From the NCBI RefSeq assembly GCF_000008565.1, contig NC_001263.1:2033533-2065532 (forward strand): 32,000 nt of DNA, in the 5' to 3' direction. Shown piece by piece: positions 30,495-32,000 of this stretch. A model generated the notes under the pieces. That model made no database searches. It was not told the DNA's origin and saw only the letters and a list, made by a program, of their open reading frames with translations. Both the position numbers and the translations under genes were made by a program. Source of the DNA: Deinococcus radiodurans R1 = ATCC 13939 = DSM 20539. GTDB taxonomy: Bacteria; Deinococcota; Deinococci; Deinococcales; Deinococcaceae. The first letter of the stretch is position 1, and each line of letters starts with the position of its first letter.

Positions 30495-30673
30495 TCACTT
30501 CTGCGCGTCGGCTGGTGGCGCCTGTTCGCTAAGCCCCTTCTCTGACTTGGCGCGCCCCCGTCTATGCGCCATTTCGCGCATTCACCGCTCGGCCATCAGG
30601 CGTATGCTGGCTTGCTTCCACGTCAGGGCAATGCCTCCGCACCTCACTTCCCTGCCGTGTGCTTTTTTCGCCG

Positions 30674-30702
30674 CCTTTCCCTTCTTTCCTTTTCTTTTCC
30701 TT
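30674..30702 (+). other. 29-nt pure polypyrimidine (C/T) tract immediately upstream of the ABC exporter start
   Basis: CCTTTCCCTTCTTTCCTTTTCTTTTCCTT, within a wider pyrimidine-rich stretch from ~30633 to 30716. Confidence 0.9.
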
Positions 30703-30716
30703 GCGTGAGGTTTTCC

Positions 30717-32000
30717 TTGGACAGTTTCAGAACCCTGTGGCCGTACCTGAAAATGCACCAGCGGCAGTACCTGATCGGCATCGTGGCCGTGATGATTTCC
30801 AACGCCGTGGTGCTGCTGCCGGCCTATTTCATCCGCCTGACCATCGACGGGCTGACCCGCACGCTCGACAACAACCCGGCGACCCCCGGCATCACGGTGA
30901 CGCAGGCCGGGTACTACGCGCTCGCCATGGTGGCGTCTTCGCTGGTGTCGGGCTCGTTCATGCTCCTGATGCGGCGCATGATCGTGGTCGCGTCGCGGCA
31001 AACCGAGTACGAAATCCGGCGTGACCTGTTCGCGCACTTGCAGACGCTCGACAAGAACTACTACGACCGCGCCCGCACCGGGGATTTGATGAACCGCCTG
31101 ACTGGCGACCTCAGCGCCGTGCGCGAAATGCTGGGGTTCGGGGCGTGGCAGATCGTGAACATCATTTCGGGCTTCGTGACGTCCTTCGCGGTGATGTTCG
31201 GCCTGAGCTGGCAGCTCACCCTCATCGTGGTCGCGGTGATTCCGATCATCGTGGGCCTGCTGGCGTACATGGCGCGGCTGATCAACGCCCGGCACAAGGC
31301 GGCGCAGGAGCAGAACAGCCTGATCGCTGCCAAAGCGCAGGAGAACTTCAGCGGCGCGCGGGTGGTCAAGGGCTACGCCATCGAGGACCGCGAGATCGAG
31401 GAGTACCGTGCCATGAACCTCGAACTGCTGCGGCGCAACATTGCGCTGATCAAGGTGGACGGGCCGCTGCGGTCGTTCAGCAACCTGCTGCTAGGCATCG
31501 CCTTCGGGTTGATTCTGCTGGTGGCGGGGCGGCTGATTTTGCGGCCCGATGCGACCTTTACGGTGGGGATGCTGACGCAGTTTCTGCTGTACATCGAGCG
31601 CCTCGCTTGGCCGATGCTGATGGTCGGCTGGATCACCGGGGTCACGCAGCGCGGCCTCGCTTCGTGGAACCGCTTACAGGAACTGTTCGACGCCCGCCCG
31701 CTGGTGCGCGACGAACCGGGCCGCACCGAGCCGCAGCTGTGGCCGACCCAGGGCGACCTGAGCTTCGAGAACGTGTCGCTGCGCTACGGGCATACGCAGG
31801 TGCTCGACCACATCAACCTGCACATTCCGGCGGGCACCTTCCTGGGGATTACCGGGCCGACCGGCAGCGGCAAGACGGTGCTGGGCCAACTGATCACGCG
31901 CAGCATGGACCCGACCGAGGGGGTCATCCGCATCGACGGGCACGACCTGCGGACCGTACCGCTCGAGCACCTGCGCAGCGCGATTGCCGTGGTGCCGCAG
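30717..32000 (+). CDS. ABC transporter, fused permease/ATP-binding exporter (MsbA/multidrug type); 3' end beyond the window
   Basis: Not in the ORF track (open at the edge). TTG at 30717 with GAGG 6 nt upstream (alternative GTG at 30705). [29 protein letters not shown]..., six-TM ABC exporter domain, then ...[13 protein letters not shown]...[13 protein letters not shown] (Walker A). The minus-strand ORFs 30582..31295 and others are shadows. Confidence 0.88.
   Translation, partial: MDSFRTLWPYLKMHQRQYLIGIVAVMISNAVVLLPAYFIRLTIDGLTRTLDNNPATPGITVTQAGYYALAMVASSLVSGSFMLLMRRMIVVASRQTEYEIRRDLFAHLQTLDKNYYDRARTGDLMNRLTGDLSAVREMLGFGAWQIVNIISGFVTSFAVMFGLSWQLTLIVVAVIPIIVGLLAYMARLINARHKAAQEQNSLIAAKAQENFSGARVVKGYAIEDREIEEYRAMNLELLRRNIALIKVDGPLRSFSNLLLGIAFGLILLVAGRLILRPDATFTVGMLTQFLLYIERLAWPMLMVGWITGVTQRGLASWNRLQELFDARPLVRDEPGRTEPQLWPTQGDLSFENVSLRYGHTQVLDHINLHIPAGTFLGITGPTGSGKTVLGQLITRSMDPTEGVIRIDGHDLRTVPLEHLRSAIAVVPQ

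Overview
High-GC (~65-70%) bacterial chromosomal window that looks like Deinococcus, most likely D. radiodurans chromosome 1. That assignment is from memory of the gene set (552-aa trehalose synthase, type III glutamine synthetase, small non-coding SNR/MITE-type repeats, an IS630-family element), not from a search.

Gene content:
- Left two thirds, mostly housekeeping or metabolic genes: two paralogous M20 peptidases, a DsbA-like oxidoreductase, plsY, methylmalonyl-CoA epimerase, purN, the B12-binding small subunit of methylmalonyl-CoA mutase, type III glutamine synthetase, an AAC(3)-like acetyltransferase and treS.
- Also there: tRNA-Lys, tRNA-Ser, one IS630-family insertion and several small structured repeats.
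- Right third: the conserved block tRNA(Thr-Tyr-Gly-Thr)-tuf-rpmG-secE-nusG-rplK-rplA-rplJ-rplL on the minus strand, then a divergent ABC exporter that runs off the window.

The least ordinary part is a co-directional minus-strand cluster at about 19.9-24.8 kb:
- A circularly permuted type-2 ATP-grasp gene.
- About 550 nt of Gln/Ser/Glu/His/Pro-rich low-complexity coding sequence. It sits in a different frame from the ATP-grasp gene and is translationally coupled to the next gene.
- An alpha-E (DUF403) gene.
- An orphan ParA/MinD-like ATPase tightly coupled to an unrecognisable 243-codon frame that carries one in-frame TAG.
- A 36-codon membrane micro-ORF.

I consider this cluster the best candidate for an undescribed system, but all functional statements about it are inference.

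Three reading frames in the window look broken: the MFS transporter, the ATP-grasp 3' end and the in-frame TAG. Sequence errors must be excluded before any of these is interpreted. No CRISPR array, rRNA or prophage was seen. Many long Arg/Ala/Gly-rich ORFs in the track are antisense or off-frame shadows typical of high-GC DNA.
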